DNA of 63,933 bases, counting the filler, from Rhizaria sp. SCN 62-66 (Eukaryota): the NCBI GenBank assembly GCA_001724265.1. It is 3 parts of 3 records of this genome, joined end to end, with 100 filler letters (N's around TTAATTAATTAA, not from the genome) between each part and the next. Parts side by side here need not be neighbours in the genome. Positions count along the whole stretch, not along the records: positions 1 to 27,581 come from MEDY01000398.1; 2 more parts are not named here. One strand, given 5' to 3'. The notes beneath the pieces are model-generated. The model did not search any database, was not told the origin of the DNA, and saw nothing but the letters and a program-made list of their open reading frames with translations. Of the stretch, positions 1-13,837 are shown piece after piece (position 1 is the stretch's first letter; each line of letters begins with the position of its first letter). The position numbers and the translations under genes are program-made.

Positions 1-3000
1 TGCCAGCCGCGCCTGGCGCCCGCCGCGCTCGCCGCAGACGCCGCCGCGGCCGCCGCGGCCTCGGGGCCGGGCTCGGCCGTCGCGCTCGCCGCCGCGGCCG
101 GCGCGCTTGTCGCGTACCGCGTGCGCCCGGGCCAGAGCGCGAAACCGCAGGTGCTCGACCCGCGCTTCGCTGCGAACAACAACAATCACACTAGCAGTAG
201 CGGCGCTCAGAGCGCGGGCGCGGGCTTGAGTGCGGCCACTGCAACTGCAACTGCGGCGGCAACTGCGGCTGAGGCCCCGAGCGCGAGTGCCGGCGCTGCG
301 AGTAGCCCGGTGTCCCTGGCGGCGCTGCGGTGGGGCAACGTGTGCCGCGGCGAGTACGGCGAGTGGGGCGCTCCCCTCGTCTACTGGGGCGGCTTCACTT
401 CGGGCGAAATGACCGTGGGCACGCTGGTGACCGTGGGCACCGACCCCGTGCCCGACGACGTCGCCGCCGCCACCATGGCCGAGACCCCCGTCGCGACTGT
501 ACGCACAGACAGCGGCAGCGGCAAGCCGCCGGGGCACGCGCGCAACGCCAGCGTCGCCCCCGCCGGCGGCGTGCGCGTGCCCCTAGACGACGACGCCGCC
601 ATCGCGCCCTTCTGCAGTGGCGGCGCGTACTCGCCCCCGGCGCCCCTCGCGGCGCATACTCCCGCCCTCTCGGGCCCCGCGGCCGCCGCGCTGGTCGCCC
701 GCGCGCGCGTGGGCACCTTCTGCGTGTTCCACGGCGCCTTCGCGGGCGCCGTGCGCCGCAGCGGGCCCGCGCGTGCGCTGTGGGGCGTAGGCGCGGGCGC
801 CGCCGACGCCGCCGCCGCGGGCTGGGCTGTGCACTGCGTCGCGCGCGCCGCCACCGGGAGGACGCTGCCGCCCGGTGCCGCAACGGCGGGTACGGCTGAC
901 GCCGGCAGCAGCGGCAACGGCAGCAGTAGCAGCTCTAGCCCCGCCGCGGAGGGCGATCTGAGCGGGCTGGGCGACGCGTTGGCCGCGCTCGAGGCCGCTG
1001 CGAGTGGCGTCACGCCGCAAATGCGCGCTGCTGCGGCCGCCGCGCTCGCTGCGGCCGGCCTCACTGCTAGTGACTGTGACCAGCAGAGTGGTGACCGTGA
1101 CCGTGAGCATACCCGTGACCGTGATCGTGACCGTGAGTGGGACATCGCGTCGGTCGCGCTCGCGCTGCCGCAGTGCGCGCGCGGCGACGGCTACGTGTGC
1201 CACTTCACGGGCCAGTGCGCCGAGGGCGTGCTATCTAAGGGTATACTTACTCTCGCCACGGGCCATGTGTTCGACGGGACCTTCGCCGTCGGCGTGCCTG
1301 CCCACGGCCGCCTCCTCTCGCCGCCGGTGCCGCTGCCACCAAGCGCACTCGCCGCCGGCGCCGCTTCCAGCGCAGCCGGTGCCGCGCCGCCCGCCGCGTT
1401 CGAGCGCTACGAGGGCACCGTGGACCCGTGGCTGCGGCGCCAGGGCCGCGGCACGCTGGCGCTGCCGTGCGGCCGCGCCGTGACGGCCACGTTTGCGCGC
1501 GGCGTGCCCACGGGAGCGGCCACTGTGACTTTCACAGCGCCGCACCCGTATGCCGGCGCGGTCTACTGCGGCGGCGTCGACGCCCGCGGCCGCATGCACG
1601 GCGACGGCCGCATCGACTGGAGCGGCTGCCGCGCGCTGTACGGCAGTGGCAGCAGCAGCAGCAGCAGCAGCAGAGACGCCCACGCAAGCGCCGGCTCTGA
1701 CGCTGAGCGCGGCGTGAGTAGTGCCGGCGAGGTCGCGCTGCGGGCGGTGAGCGGTCTCTCGTGCTACAAGCTGATCGATGTCGTGGGCGACGTCGACGCC
1801 TACCTCGACAAGACGCTGAGCCACAGCAGCGCTGGCAGCGCGAGCTCTGCTCCCACGAGTCCGGTCGGCGCTGGCGTCGGCGCGAGCGGCGACGAGCCCT
1901 GTCTGATGGGCACCAACGCGGCCCCGCACGCGCGAACTCTCACCGTCGCCGCCGCCGCCGAGTCCGCGCTTGTGCATGACTCCGCTGCGAATGCGACTGA
2001 GAAGAAGGCTGAGGCGCCTTTCTGCACGCGCTGCGGGTACGCGCCCCCCGCGACCGCCGGCCAGGCCGTGTCCCCGCTGCGGTGCTCCCCGTGCGACGCG
2101 CACGAGGGCCTGGCGCTGTGGCGCCGCTTCGAGGGCTCTTTCGTGAGCGACCGCATGCACTGCGGCGAGATGCGCTACCGCGGCGGCGCCGTCTTCACCG
2201 GCACGTTCGACGTCACGGGTCGCAAGATGGGCGAGGGCTCCTGGGTTGCCGGCCGCGAGGACGCCGTGGACGCCGCCGCAGACTCTGTTTTGAGCGCCAG
2301 CTCCGCCGCGGGCGGCAAGCCCCCGGTGGCCGTGGTGGAGGGCTGCGACGGCACGCTCGCGCGCCTGCGCCGGTGGGTCGCCGAGGCCGTCGCCGCTTAC
2401 GACGCCGCCGCGCCCGCGGCCTCCCCGCGTGCCGTCGCCGCCGCGGCCGCCGCGGCCGCTGCAGCCGCCGTCGGGGCGAGCGAGGCGGCGCTCGCGCGCA
2501 CAGCGGCGCTGCTGCAGCAGCACGCGCGGCCGCCCGCGTCGGCAGCGGCGACGGCGCACCGGTGCTACCACGCGCACCGGCCTTGCGCAGTACCGCTGGC
2601 GTTTCGCGGCGGCTACCTCTTCTCGCGCCGCGAACAGGGCCGCGCGGTCGCCGCCAACGGCGACGTGTCCGAGGGCGTGTGGGCGCTTCGCTCACAGCGG
2701 CGTATGGGCCCCGGCACGGAGCTCGTGGTTGTGCAGGACTGGGCGCGATACCTGCCGCTCTTCACAGAAGGGTTCCGCATCGGCCGCTTCGCCTCGGCCT
2801 CGATCGCGCGCGCGCGGGGCGAGAGCCTCGTCACCAACAGCAGCGGCGGGGCGAGCGGCGGCAGCGGCGCGGCGGCGGGACAGGGAGGCATCGCTTCCGC
2901 GTTCATCTTGTATCCGTTCCCGCGCGCTCACCCGCTGTCGATGCAGTTCGAGGGCACCTACTTAGACGGGCTTCCGGCCACGGGTCTCACCGAGTACCTG

Positions 3001-3022
3001 CTCACGGTTGCCACGGCCGACC

Positions 3023-3055
<33 letters not shown>

Positions 3056-6000
3056 AGTCGATCACGGGTGGCAGTGGCAGCGGCGGCGGCGGCGGCGGCG
3101 GGCAGGAAGCGTTGCTCGACGCCGCGGCGGCCCGCGCTGCCGTGGCCGCGGCGGCGCTGGACGAGGAGCGCGCCGTCGCTGCGCACTCGAAGCAGGCCCT
3201 CGTCACCGCGCTCCTCAGCGCCATCGGCGACAGTCATGGTAGCACAGGCGCAAGCGTTGGCGGGACGCAGTCGCCTGGGAAAAGCGGCGCTGCGGCCGCG
3301 GCGGCTGCGGCGGCGGCGGCCACGCTCGCGCCCGCGGTCGCCGCGGCCGGCCTGCCCGCCGCGCTGCGGTCGCTGTGCGCTGCCGCTCTCGGCCTCAGCG
3401 TCTCCGGCGCCAAGGCCGCGACGACTGCTGCGCCCGCGGTCAGCGTCGCCGCGCTGCCTGTCGCCGAGGCTGCTGCCGCGGCCGCCGCGGAGGCGACCGA
3501 GGCCGCCGCGGTGGAGGTCGAGGCTGAGCGCGTCGTGACCGACGCCATCGGCCAGCTCTGGGCTCTCGCCACCGACTGTGAGTACGGCGATGAAGCCAAG
3601 GCTGGCAGTGACCGTGAGCAGCGGCAGAGTGACGGTGAGCGCGATGACTCGGAAAGCCTGGTCCCCTTTGACCCCGCCGCGGGCACCACGCCTGACGCTG
3701 TGGCCGCGGTCTCTGGCGGCCTGACTTCTTTCCTCGCGCCTAAGTCCTCCTGCGCGCGCGTGGCGGCGTCCGCCGTGCCGCACACGGCCACCGAGGCCGA
3801 GGCCGATGCGCTCTCCCCGCACACTAGCCATAGCAGCAGCCACAGCAGCCGCATTGCCGCCACCAAGGCGCGCCCCGCCGCCACGACCGCGACTGCGAAC
3901 GACGCGGACAGCGGCGGCGCGTGGCGCTGGCAGTGGGCGCTGCCGCGCTCCTTCACGGGCCCCGTGACGCCCGCGCTGCTGCCGCACGGCCGCGGCGTCG
4001 CCGTCCTTGCCTCAGGTCCCGTGTGGGACGTCGCCGCGCGCTTCCACCTAGGCGCGCCCGCCGGCCCAGCGGCCGCGACACTGCGCGACGGCGGCGTTTT
4101 CCTCGGCCTCTGGCGCGGCCGTGCGGGCCCCGCGTGGGGGCTGCGCGCGTGGGCCTCGGGCGAAGTGACCGTGGGCGACGTCGACGGCCATCTGCGGCCG
4201 CACGGCGCCGCGACGGGCGTGTTCACCGACGTCGGCCGCAACTACGGCCGCATCGCCTTCACCGGGCTCTGGGTCGCGGGGCATCCGTGGCGCGGGCAGA
4301 TGGGTTACTTGCACGGCGCTAAGTATCAGTCGCAGTTTTTCGACGTTGTCACTGGCACGGACGCACCGTTCGGCTGCTCTGGCGCGGAGGAGGCCGTTGT
4401 CGACACGGAAGACTCAGCAAGCACGGAGACCGAAAACAATCCCTCTGCTGCCGATGCGACTGCGGTTGCCGGAGCGCTGGGTGCGGAGGCGATCGCTGCG
4501 ACGGCGGACGCAGCTGCCGCCGTTGTCACTGCCAGTATCACCACGCCCGCTGCGCTCAGGAACACTGAGGTTCAGAGCTCCAGTGCAGCGGACGCTGATG
4601 GGGACGCGGAGTTCGACGCCGAGGTCGAGACCGCGATTGCATACCCGACATTCGGCTCCGACAACAGCGACAATGCCGCAGCAGCCTCCCTCTCGGACTC
4701 TGTCCCTGCGCGCCGCCCGCTGCGCCCCGCGTCGCTGCAGCCCCTGCTGCGGCCGACGCATACGCTGCACCTGCGCGACGGCTCGCGCTACTGCCACGCC
4801 GCGTCGCTGCACCCGCTGCTGGCCGCGCGGCGCAAGGCGCTGTCTTCCGCGCTGGCGGCCACGCACGCGCACGTCGCGGCGCTGCTCGCGGCCGCCGCGC
4901 CCGACTGCTGGCCGCACCTGCCCGCGCCGCCGCGGCCCGCGCTGCCGCCGCGCGCGGTCCGCGCGCTGCACGCCTTCCAGGGCCGCGGCGGCGGCGTGCG
5001 CGCGCTGCTGCTCGCCGCCGAGGCCGCCGCCGCGGGCGCGCGCGCGGCGCTGGCGCGCGTGGTGGCCGCGGAGGGCTGGCCTGTCGCCGACGAAGCCGCC
5101 GAGCGCGAGGCCGCCGCGCGCTTCGGGGCGCGGTACCGAGGCGCCGCCACCACCGGACCCGACTCCAGCGCCGCTGCGGGCTCCGGCGCCGGCTCCGGCG
5201 CATACTCGGCCGCGCTGGCCGCCGCGAGCAACCTCAGCGGCCTCAACGGCGCCGGCGGCGAGGCCGACAGCCTGGGGCTGAGCGAGGTGCTCACCGCGGC
5301 GCGCGCCGAGGCCGAGGCCGCGGTGGCGCGGGCGCAGGAGCTACTGGCCGACCTCGCGGCCGCCTGGGCCGAGCCCGACGCTCGCGCCGCCCCCGCGAGC
5401 GCCGCACTGGCGAGCGTCGCCCCCGCGAGCGCGGCCCGCGGTGCGCGCGCGCTGCCACGCGTGACGCCCGGGCTGACGCACCTGCTGACCCAGCAGCAGC
5501 AGCACCGGCTGACGTTTGGCGAGGAGCGGCTTCTCTCGCGCCACTTCGGCAACAGCAGCGCGCGCGATGACCACGATCACTACGACCACCAAGATCACCA
5601 CGATCGCCATGACCTTGACAGCACCGCGCGCACCAGCAGCGCGGACGCGGACAGCGAGGGCGCGGCCGCAGTGGCCGCGGCCGGCGCCGGCGTCGCTGCC
5701 GTTGCCGCGCGCGGGGCCGCCGCGGTGGCCGCTGTCGTCGCGAGCGGCGCGGGCGCCAGCGCCGTGGCCGCTGCGGTGGCCGCCGCCGTGGCCGCGGTCG
5801 CCGACGCCGCGGACATGGAGGACGAGATGTGGCGCCTGGCGCTGCCCAGCGACTGTGAGCTGGCCGAGAAGAAGGCTCTCATCGAGGCCGCGGCCGCGTA
5901 CGACGACGGCGAGAGCGATAGTGGCGACGACGACGACACGTACGATGCGAACATGACTGTCGATGATTGCAACGGCGCGGACGACGACGGTGGCGATGAC

Positions 6001-8451
6001 GGTGACGCTGAGCACCGCGACGCCGGTGACTGCGGACAGGAGGACTCGATTGTCACGCGGTCCCCCACCCGGGGACAGGGCAAGAGCGGCCTGCCCGAGT
6101 CTGACTCGGCCTCTGCCTCGGAGTCCGAGCCGGAGAGCGAGTTCGAGGGCTTCGGCTCTGAGAACGACCCCGACGGCAACGATGACGTTGATGGCAAGCC
6201 CGACAAGCCTGTCAAGAAGTCTTCGAAGCTCAAGACGAAGACTAAGAGCAATCTCACGAACGCGGCAGCGAAGACAAAGACCTCTGTCTCTGCCTCTGCC
6301 TCGGCATCTGCCTCAAGTGCGCGCCCTCGCTCTCTGCTCGCGCGTTCTCGTCCGCGCCAGCGCTCCGCGGCCGCCGCCCGCGCCCGCCGCAGCCGCCATG
6401 AGCACGAGCGCGGGCGCGAGCGCGCGCCGCTGTGCCCGCAGCAGTCGCTGGCGGTGCTGGTGCCCGACGTGTCGACGCACGAGGCCGCGCTCGCGGCTCT
6501 GCTGGCGCGCTCCGCCCCCGCGCTGCGGCTCTCGCGTTCACTGCTGCGCCTGCAGTCCGAGTCCGAAGCGCTGCTGCTGGCCACGCGCCGTCTCTCCGCG
6601 CGCCTGACCCAGCTCGACGGCTCGCTCCTGCCGAACCTGCTCCTGCACCCTGCGCTCGACTCGGCGGCCGCGCTCGCCCGCTACGCCGCGCGCGCAGAGG
6701 CCGCGACGGTCGCGCCCTGGGCCGAGGCCTGGGAGGCGCAGCGCCGCCGCGTCGCGCCCGCGCTCGCCGCGCACTGCCGCCGCGCCGCCGCATTCGAGCG
6801 CCTGCGCGCGGAGGTATTGGGCAGTGACTGGGCCACCGCAGCCGCGGAGGTGCTCAGCCCGTCCTCCGTCGCCGCGCTCTCTTCCTCAATCTCAACCTCG
6901 GCGTCGGCGTTGGTGTCGGCGTTGAGCCCCAGCAGCGCCACCCCGAGTGGCGGCAGTCCCGGCGCGGGGGCCGGCGAGCACGGCCACGGGCTGCTCGGCG
7001 CGCTGTCGGCCTCGATCGAGCGCAACTGTGCGGCTGCAGAGGCGCTGCTGGCCCGCGCGACCACGCTGCGCAGCGAGACGGACGCGCTGTCGGCGCGGCT
7101 CAAGGCTTCGGTGACCGAAGTGGCGGCGCACTGGGCCAGCGCGCGCGCGCACAGCCGCAGTCGGCAGTGCCGCGCGCTGCTGGGCGCGGAATTGCACGCC
7201 GCGATCCACGCCAAGGACGCGACCGCGGCGCAGGCGCTCCTTGACAGCGCCGCCAGCTCCCTCACCAACAACACCGACAACGATGGCCATAACAGCAGCA
7301 GCAGCAGCAGTGCGGGCATCGGCGTGGTGAGCCTGGTCGAGTGGGAGGACGACGCCGGCACCGACGCCGTGCGCCTCGCAGTCCACACGGGCCAGCCGCA
7401 GCTGCTCGACGCTGTCCTCACGGCCTACGGCCACTATGCCGCCGCCGCCGCCGCTGCCGCCGCCGCTGCGGAGTCCGAGGCGGACGGGCGCGCGGACGCC
7501 GCTGCGCAGTCGCCGTCGGTACGCGACGAGGGCCGCGCCGCGGCTGCGGCGGCCGCGGTGAAGCACCTGCTGTCGCGCCCCAACGCCGTCGCCGAAACGT
7601 ACCTCTACACCGCCGTCGCGGAGCCCGCACCCGCGCCCGTGCCTTCTAGCCCGCGCGTCCTCTCGCCGCCGTCCGCCTCCGCTTCTGCGGCCGAGTCCGC
7701 GCCGTCGTCGGCCGTGGACTGCCTGCCGGTGCTGCTGCGGCACGGCGCGGACCTGTATCAGCCCTGCGACGCGGCGCAGCGGTCCGTGATGCACGTCGCG
7801 GCGACCGCGGGCGACGCCGCGCGCATGGCGCTGCTGCTGCGGCTCGGCTTCCGCCTCCGCTGGGAGCGCCTCGACCGCCGCGCGCGCGCCTCGCTGCACT
7901 GCGCCGCGGCCGCCAACTCAGTCCCCGCGGTTCAGGCGCTGATCGACGCCGGCGCGCCGCGGCTTAACTTCCCCGACGAGGCGGGTGAGACGCCGCTGCA
8001 CGCGACGCAGAGCGAGGCCGTCGCTGCACTGCTGCTCGCCAGCGGCGCGCGCGTGGCGGGGGCCAAGACGGCGGCCGTGCTGCGCAGCGGGCAGATGGCC
8101 GGCGCGGGCGGCACCATGTCCCGCGCGGAGGCCGCCTGGCGCGCCCGCTGCGCGCTGCCCGCGCTGGTCTCCGCCGCGGGCCTTGTCTCCGCGGACGACG
8201 ATCCCGAGGGACTGTGGGCGCTCGACGCCGACCACCCCGTGTGCGTCGGCTGCGGCGCCGGGTGGGGGCTCTTTTCGCGGCGCCACCACTGCCGGCTCTG
8301 CGGGCTCGTCTTCTGCGGCAAGTGTAGCGCCAACACCGTGACCACGGGGCCCAAGGCGCTGCACCGCGTCTGCGACGGCTGCTGCAACGCGGTCGCCGCG
8401 AGGAAGGCTAAGGAGGCCGCTGAGGAGGCGGGCGCTGGCGCCACGCACTGA
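1..8451 (+). CDS. Large MORN-repeat / ankyrin-repeat / C-terminal FYVE zinc-finger protein (5'-truncated)
   Basis: Frame 1 is open from base 1 to TGA at 8449-8451. MORN-like motifs: RYEGTVDPWLRRQGRGTL, VYCGGVDARGRMHGDGRI, GAVFTGTFDVTGRKMGEG. Ankyrin motifs: SVMHVAATAGDAARMALLLRLG, SLHCAAAANSVPAVQALIDAGA, GETPLH. Canonical FYVE at ~8215-8385: WxxD...CxxC...RRHHCRLCGLVFCGKCS...RVCDGC. Confidence 0.85.
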
Positions 8452-9050
8452 GTCGCGGTGACTGCTTAACGTAGTAATCGCTGTTTAAACTCGAATAGCA
8501 GCTCTAGGTTAAAGAAATTCACGCGCGCTGTCCTTGTCGATGCACTCCTGTCATTTGTTGACACTATGTGCTAAGCCTGGTGGAATCGTGCGACTTATAT
8601 GTGGGATATGTAGATATGTATATGTGTTGAATGTTTATGTTTATTTCAGTACTTAAATCAGCAAGACGTGTGTTTGTTGTCATTGTGCAAAGCTGCGCTG
8701 CAACGGCGACCTCGACGGCGCTGAGTAATGAACAGCTTTCAGCGCGTATAGAGGCACAGAATCAATAGTTGGGAGCTTCATATATTATTTGCGTTGTGCG
8801 TCTAGTATGAAGTTGTCTTTTTCACATACATATTGTTCTATAATTCTTATCATTCACGCGTGAAAAACATGATTTGTTAAAATCTAGTCGATGCGCTGTC
8901 TGAGGTGACCTCCGAAAGTCAACAAGGATGCAAGATGCATGATTAGAATTGTGTGTAGCGCGTATAATCAATCGTCAATAGAACATCTGTCCATTTTTTG
9001 ACTAACAAGGTTTGAGTATGTCTACTTTCTTTTAATTCCATTGAACAGAT

Positions 9051-10070
9051 ATGTATATTTACATCGCAATCGGCGTTCTCGCGCTTGTTGCCGCAAACTT
9101 TGCTAAGATCCGCGCTGTCATCTACGATGTCGTCATTACCTCTATGACCAAGGAGTGGTACGTAAACAACTGCTATATCAGATAGACCAATGTACAAATT
9201 ATGCAATCATATTGCTTCATTCACTCACACTCACATGTATGTCATTTATGACGCCTCTGCGCCCTTCTGTCCTCAACAGGTACCGTTCCGTGTTGGAGCG
9301 TGTTCCCCGCGGCGCCCGCATTCTCGACGTCGGCATCGGCACCGGCACTGCTCTGCTGGCCAACAAACAGCTCATCATTGACCGCGACCTTACCATCGTC
9401 GGTGTTGACTATGACCTCGACTACGTGCGCCGCTGCGAGGCCCTGATCGCCAAGCACGATTTCGCCTCTCGCCTCACGGTGCACCACGCGTCCATCTACG
9501 ACTTCGCCCCCGCCGAGCGCTTTGACGTGGGGTACTTCTCTGGCTCGCTCATGATTATGCCCGACCCGGCAGCCGCGCTGCTGCACGTGCAGCGCCTGCT
9601 GACCTCCCCCGCGCGGCTCGAGGGCGGCAAGGTCATCTACACCACCCAGACCTTCCAGGTGCGTCGTCAAACCACTTTGAACTCGTATATCTCCATGAAT
9701 TAAGGACATAACTGTCTGATTGCAGAGCTTGATGTGCAAACCTCAATTTTGTATTTGAAAACCTGTGTATACCTCCGAGATAGTCGAATATGCTTTTCAA
9801 ATGTCTCATATCTATTTACTCAACTTTTATATTTGTTTGCACTGTTCGCAGGAGAAGCCCAACGCTCTGCTGGAGCTGTTCAAGCCGCTGCTCAAGTTCC
9901 TCACCACGATCGACTTCGGCCAGGTGACGTACGAGGCGCAGTTCCTCGCCATGGTCGCCAAGGCGGGCTTCGAGCCCAAGCAGGAGACGATGGCAGCCTC
10001 GGGCCTCTCCAAGAAGGTCAGCGAGGGACGCAAGTTCAAGCTCTTCACCCTCACCGAGAAGAAGCAGTGA
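9051..10070 (+). CDS. Class I SAM-dependent methyltransferase with hydrophobic N-terminus; 3 exons (9051-9157, 9280-9658, 9852-10070)
   Basis: Spliced frame reads MYIYIAIGVLALVAANFAKIRAVIYDVVITSMTKEW|YRSVLERVPRGARILDVGIGTG, with motif I, VGVDYD and FDVGYFSGSLM. GT-AG introns are phase-compatible; the stop is TGA. The start codon is slightly uncertain. Confidence 0.85.
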
Positions 10071-10631
10071 AGTGATATTGCACTAACCACGTGTGCAGTA
10101 GAGCACGATCTATGGAAACATCAGCAGCGACGACAATGCGTTGATACAAAGACGAACATCAACGCGCTTACTACGCGCGGGACAACAAACACGGCACCAC
10201 TCGCGAGGGGACAATTGTATATCTCTGATTGACCATGATGTTGCTGTTGACTTTGATTACATTGGACACATATATATGTACATATTGTACATGTACATGA
10301 TTAATGTGCTGAACTGCTGCTTAATACAAGGCCAAGTCTGACTCATTCACCCAAGAAATTGTCGCGCGCGCATGATTGTTAAAGTTATGTTGTTTGTATT
10401 CAACGCGTTTGCTAAAATGGTCAGCTAAATTATATAACGTTCACAACAATCATTCGATTCAGTTGGCCCAGTCTTCTGTTGTGTGCGCTATCAAGCGGGT
10501 GTGCGTGCGTGGCCAACCACAACAACTGCAGCAACGACACCTCGATAGTACACCGTCGACTCCATCAACTCTCTCAACTCACCCCCGTCTCCCATCGGTC
10601 AATACCGTGTGTTGACTCGGTAGCCGCTCGC

Positions 10632-13600
10632 TCACACGGAGTACGCGAAACCGAGCCCGCGGAGCTCAGCGAGCACGTCCTCACCGCGCATGGCCTCACC
10701 GTAGACCTCGCCGTAGCGCATCATCAGCGTGCCCGTGTCGCCCTCGACCGCGCCCCAGGGCTGCGGGGCGACCGTGGTGTCGGCCGCCCACGCCGCCGGG
10801 TCCTTGGCGGCCTTCTTGCGGTCCAGCGCGGCGCGCTTCTCGGCGACGCGCTCCGCCGCGGCCGTCTTGTCGATGAACTGCACACCGCGGTCCACCGACG
10901 ATACCGAGCCCAGCAGCTCGGAGTACCGCGCGGGCACCATGCCCAGCCCGCCCGCGCCGCACGCAAACGCCGACGTCGAGGGCGGCGCCAAGGCCGAGGT
11001 GGCGCAGGAGTACGGCGCGCCCGAGCCGCCGTGGAAGTCCAGGAAGGCAAAGTCCCAGTCCACAGACGCGGCCCTACGCAAGGACGATATGAGCGAAAAG
11101 AAACGAAGACATACAGTATAAAGCAATTATTGAGAAAAACAACATAAAAGCAACATAAACTATTCAACACAATAAAATATAAAATCAACAAATTCATCAT
11201 TAATGACATTGTGTGATATGTGTGAGGAATCCTGTTAAATCGCGTACCTGGCAGCGGCGACCGCGAAGGCCTGCATGCAGGCGCGCACGGCAGCGGCGGA
11301 GCGCAGCGGGCCCGTGGCGGCGACGATGTCCTCGACGGCCGCGGCCGAGAGCGGCGCCGCAGCGGGCGACAGCGCGCGGAACGCCGCGTACGCGCGCGCG
11401 GCGTCGAGCTCGACGCCCGTGTCGGCGACCAGCAGCGCGTCGGGAGTGCTGGAGGCAGCAGCGGCGGCAGCGCGGGCCGCAGCGGCGGCGGCGGCGGCGG
11501 CGACGGCGCCCGAGCCCGGCGCGGCCGAAGACGCGGGGCGCGTGGGCGCCTGAGCGGGGTCGCTGGCCGCAACAGGCACGGCTGCGGCTGCGGCAGCAGA
11601 CAACGCGATGGCCGCCGCGTTGACCTGGCCGACGCGCGCCTGCGCCACGGGCCCGCCCGGCAGCGCAGAGCCAGAGGCGGCGGCGCCGGGCAGCGAGGCG
11701 CGCTTGGCGGCGGCCGAGGCGCCCCACGGCATCGGGGACGCGGTCCGCATCGCGCCAGGGCCCATCGCGCCGGTGACTGTGGGCGGTACCAGCGTCGCGC
11801 CCGCGCCCGCGCCCCCGGGGCCGGCGACAGGGCGGCTCTGGAGCGAGCGCGGCGTCACGGCGGGGGTCGACGCATAGCCAGACGAACCGGCGGCGCCGGA
11901 GGCGGAGGCTGCGGCGAGGCGCGATGACGGGGGCAGCCCTGCGCGGCGACTCGACGCGTAGAAGGGGGGCCGGCGCGCGCCCGCGCTGGCCGCGCCACCG
12001 ATGCCGGAGCCGGAACCCAGCGTAGCGGGGCCGCGGCGGCCGGCGAGCCCCCCGCGCGCGCCCGCGACGCCGCCCGCGGCGCCACCGACGCCCGCGGCGG
12101 CTCCCGAGGACGAGGACGAGGATGAGCCCTCGGCGGAGGCCGACACGAGGCCGGCGCCGTACGAGTCGGAGAGCGCCGGCCCCAGGAAGACGAGCTTGGG
12201 CACGACGTTGATGGATGCAACCGAGAGCGCGTTGGACGACATGAGCTTCTCCTGACGTTGCGCTTCCTCGGTAGCGGCCTTGGTCTCGGCCGCCGCCTTG
12301 GCCGCCGCCGTGGTGACCGCGACCGACTGCTCCTGCAGCACGCCCGTCTCCGCGACCATGCGCGCGACGCGGATTTTGAGCTCCTTGCCGCGGTCCAGCG
12401 CCTTAAGTTGCGCCACGACCGCGGGCGTGACGGCCGCGTCGAGCGCGCCCTCGCCCGTCATGTAGCTGCGCAGCGCGGGGTCGGTCCGCGAATCGGCCAG
12501 CAGGACCTCGACGACGCGCAGCGCCGACGCGTCGCCCTGCCCCGCCGCGCGCGCAGCCAGGTGCAGAGCCGTCTCGCCCACGCTGTCCTGCTTGTTCGGG
12601 TTTGCCTTAGCGCGCAGCAGCGCGTACGTGACGAGCGCGCAGTGCGCGTCGGCGGCGTAATGCAGGAACACGCGGTCAGCGTCGCCGAACGTCTTGTCGT
12701 GCAGCGCCTTCTCGGTGAGCAGGCGTGCCGTGCGCTCCTCGGCCAGCTGCGTGAGCAGTCCACGCTCGAGCGTGTCGCGCTGCGTAGCGTCGTCGCGCGC
12801 GGCCACCAGCGCCGCGAACTCGGTGCTTAGCTGCTTCATCGCGATCTTGGAGAACTTGAGGTCCTGCTGCAGCTGCTTCTTGCGCGCCTCGATCGCGGCC
12901 GCGGCCGCAGCGGCCTCGTCGTGCGGCGTCACCGTCAACGTCACCGCTGCGGCAGGGCCCGCAGCCGCGGACGCGCCGGTCGCGGCGGCTGCGGTGGCCG
13001 AGGCGGAGCCGGTGACGGCGAGCGAGGCGCGGCGACTGGGCGCGGCCGACGAGGGCATGGACCCACCGCCGCCGCCGCCACTGGCGAGGACCTTGTTGAG
13101 GTCGAAGCCGAGGCGCTGCGCGCGGTCGGCGGCCGTCTCGCCCGCGGCGTCGGTGGCGTCGGTGGGCGCGCCCGCATCGAGAAGACGGCGGAAGACCTCG
13201 CGGCCCTTGCCGATGCGGACGTGGTCGACGCCCACGTGCAGCGGGGTCTCCCCGGCGTCGTTGCGCAGCGAGGCCGAGGCGCCGTGCGCGAGCAGCCAGT
13301 CCACCAGCGCGGTGCGGCCCGCGGCCGTGGCGCAGTGCAGCAGCGACGTCTGCGACCCGGGCTTGCCGAACAGGGCGTTGGGGTCGAAGTGGTTCGGGAT
13401 CAGCCCCTTGTCGGCGACGAAGTCGAGGTCTTTGAGCACCTTGGCGTCGGTAGACCGAGACAGCGCGGCCTTAAACACCAAGCTATAGAAGAAAACACAT
13501 AGAAGCAAATGAAACAAAAGAGGCCAACTGGTTGTGAGAGAGCTGCGCCTGAACAACGGGTGGCTTAAACAGAATGAGTTAAGCTGGGGGCAGTGCAGAG

Positions 13601-13837
13601 CTTTGTTGTGCGTTTGCGGGGTTGCAAGAAGACGTACCTGATCTTCTTGAAGAGCTTGGCGCCAATGTTGGCGTCCGCGGAGTACGCGGCAGATGGTGCG
13701 GCGTGGCTGGAAGCCTCCTCGCCCTCACCGACACCGCCGCCGTCAACAGCACCTCCGTCGTCCTCGGCGCCGTCGGCGTTGTCGCCGGCGTCGGCCATAG
13801 ACACGGTGCCAATCAGCTCCTCGGGTTCGTCCGACAT
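10632..13837 (-). CDS. Ankyrin-repeat / coiled-coil protein; 3 exons (13837-13638, 13482-11248, 11073-10632)
   Basis: Two ankyrin clusters (SLLHCATAAGRTALVDWLLAHGA, GETPLH; FLHYAA...KANPNKQDSVGETALHLAA) separated by a coiled coil. Donors are GTACGT and GTACGC with TAG acceptors in compatible phase; the stop is TGA. Confidence 0.8.
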
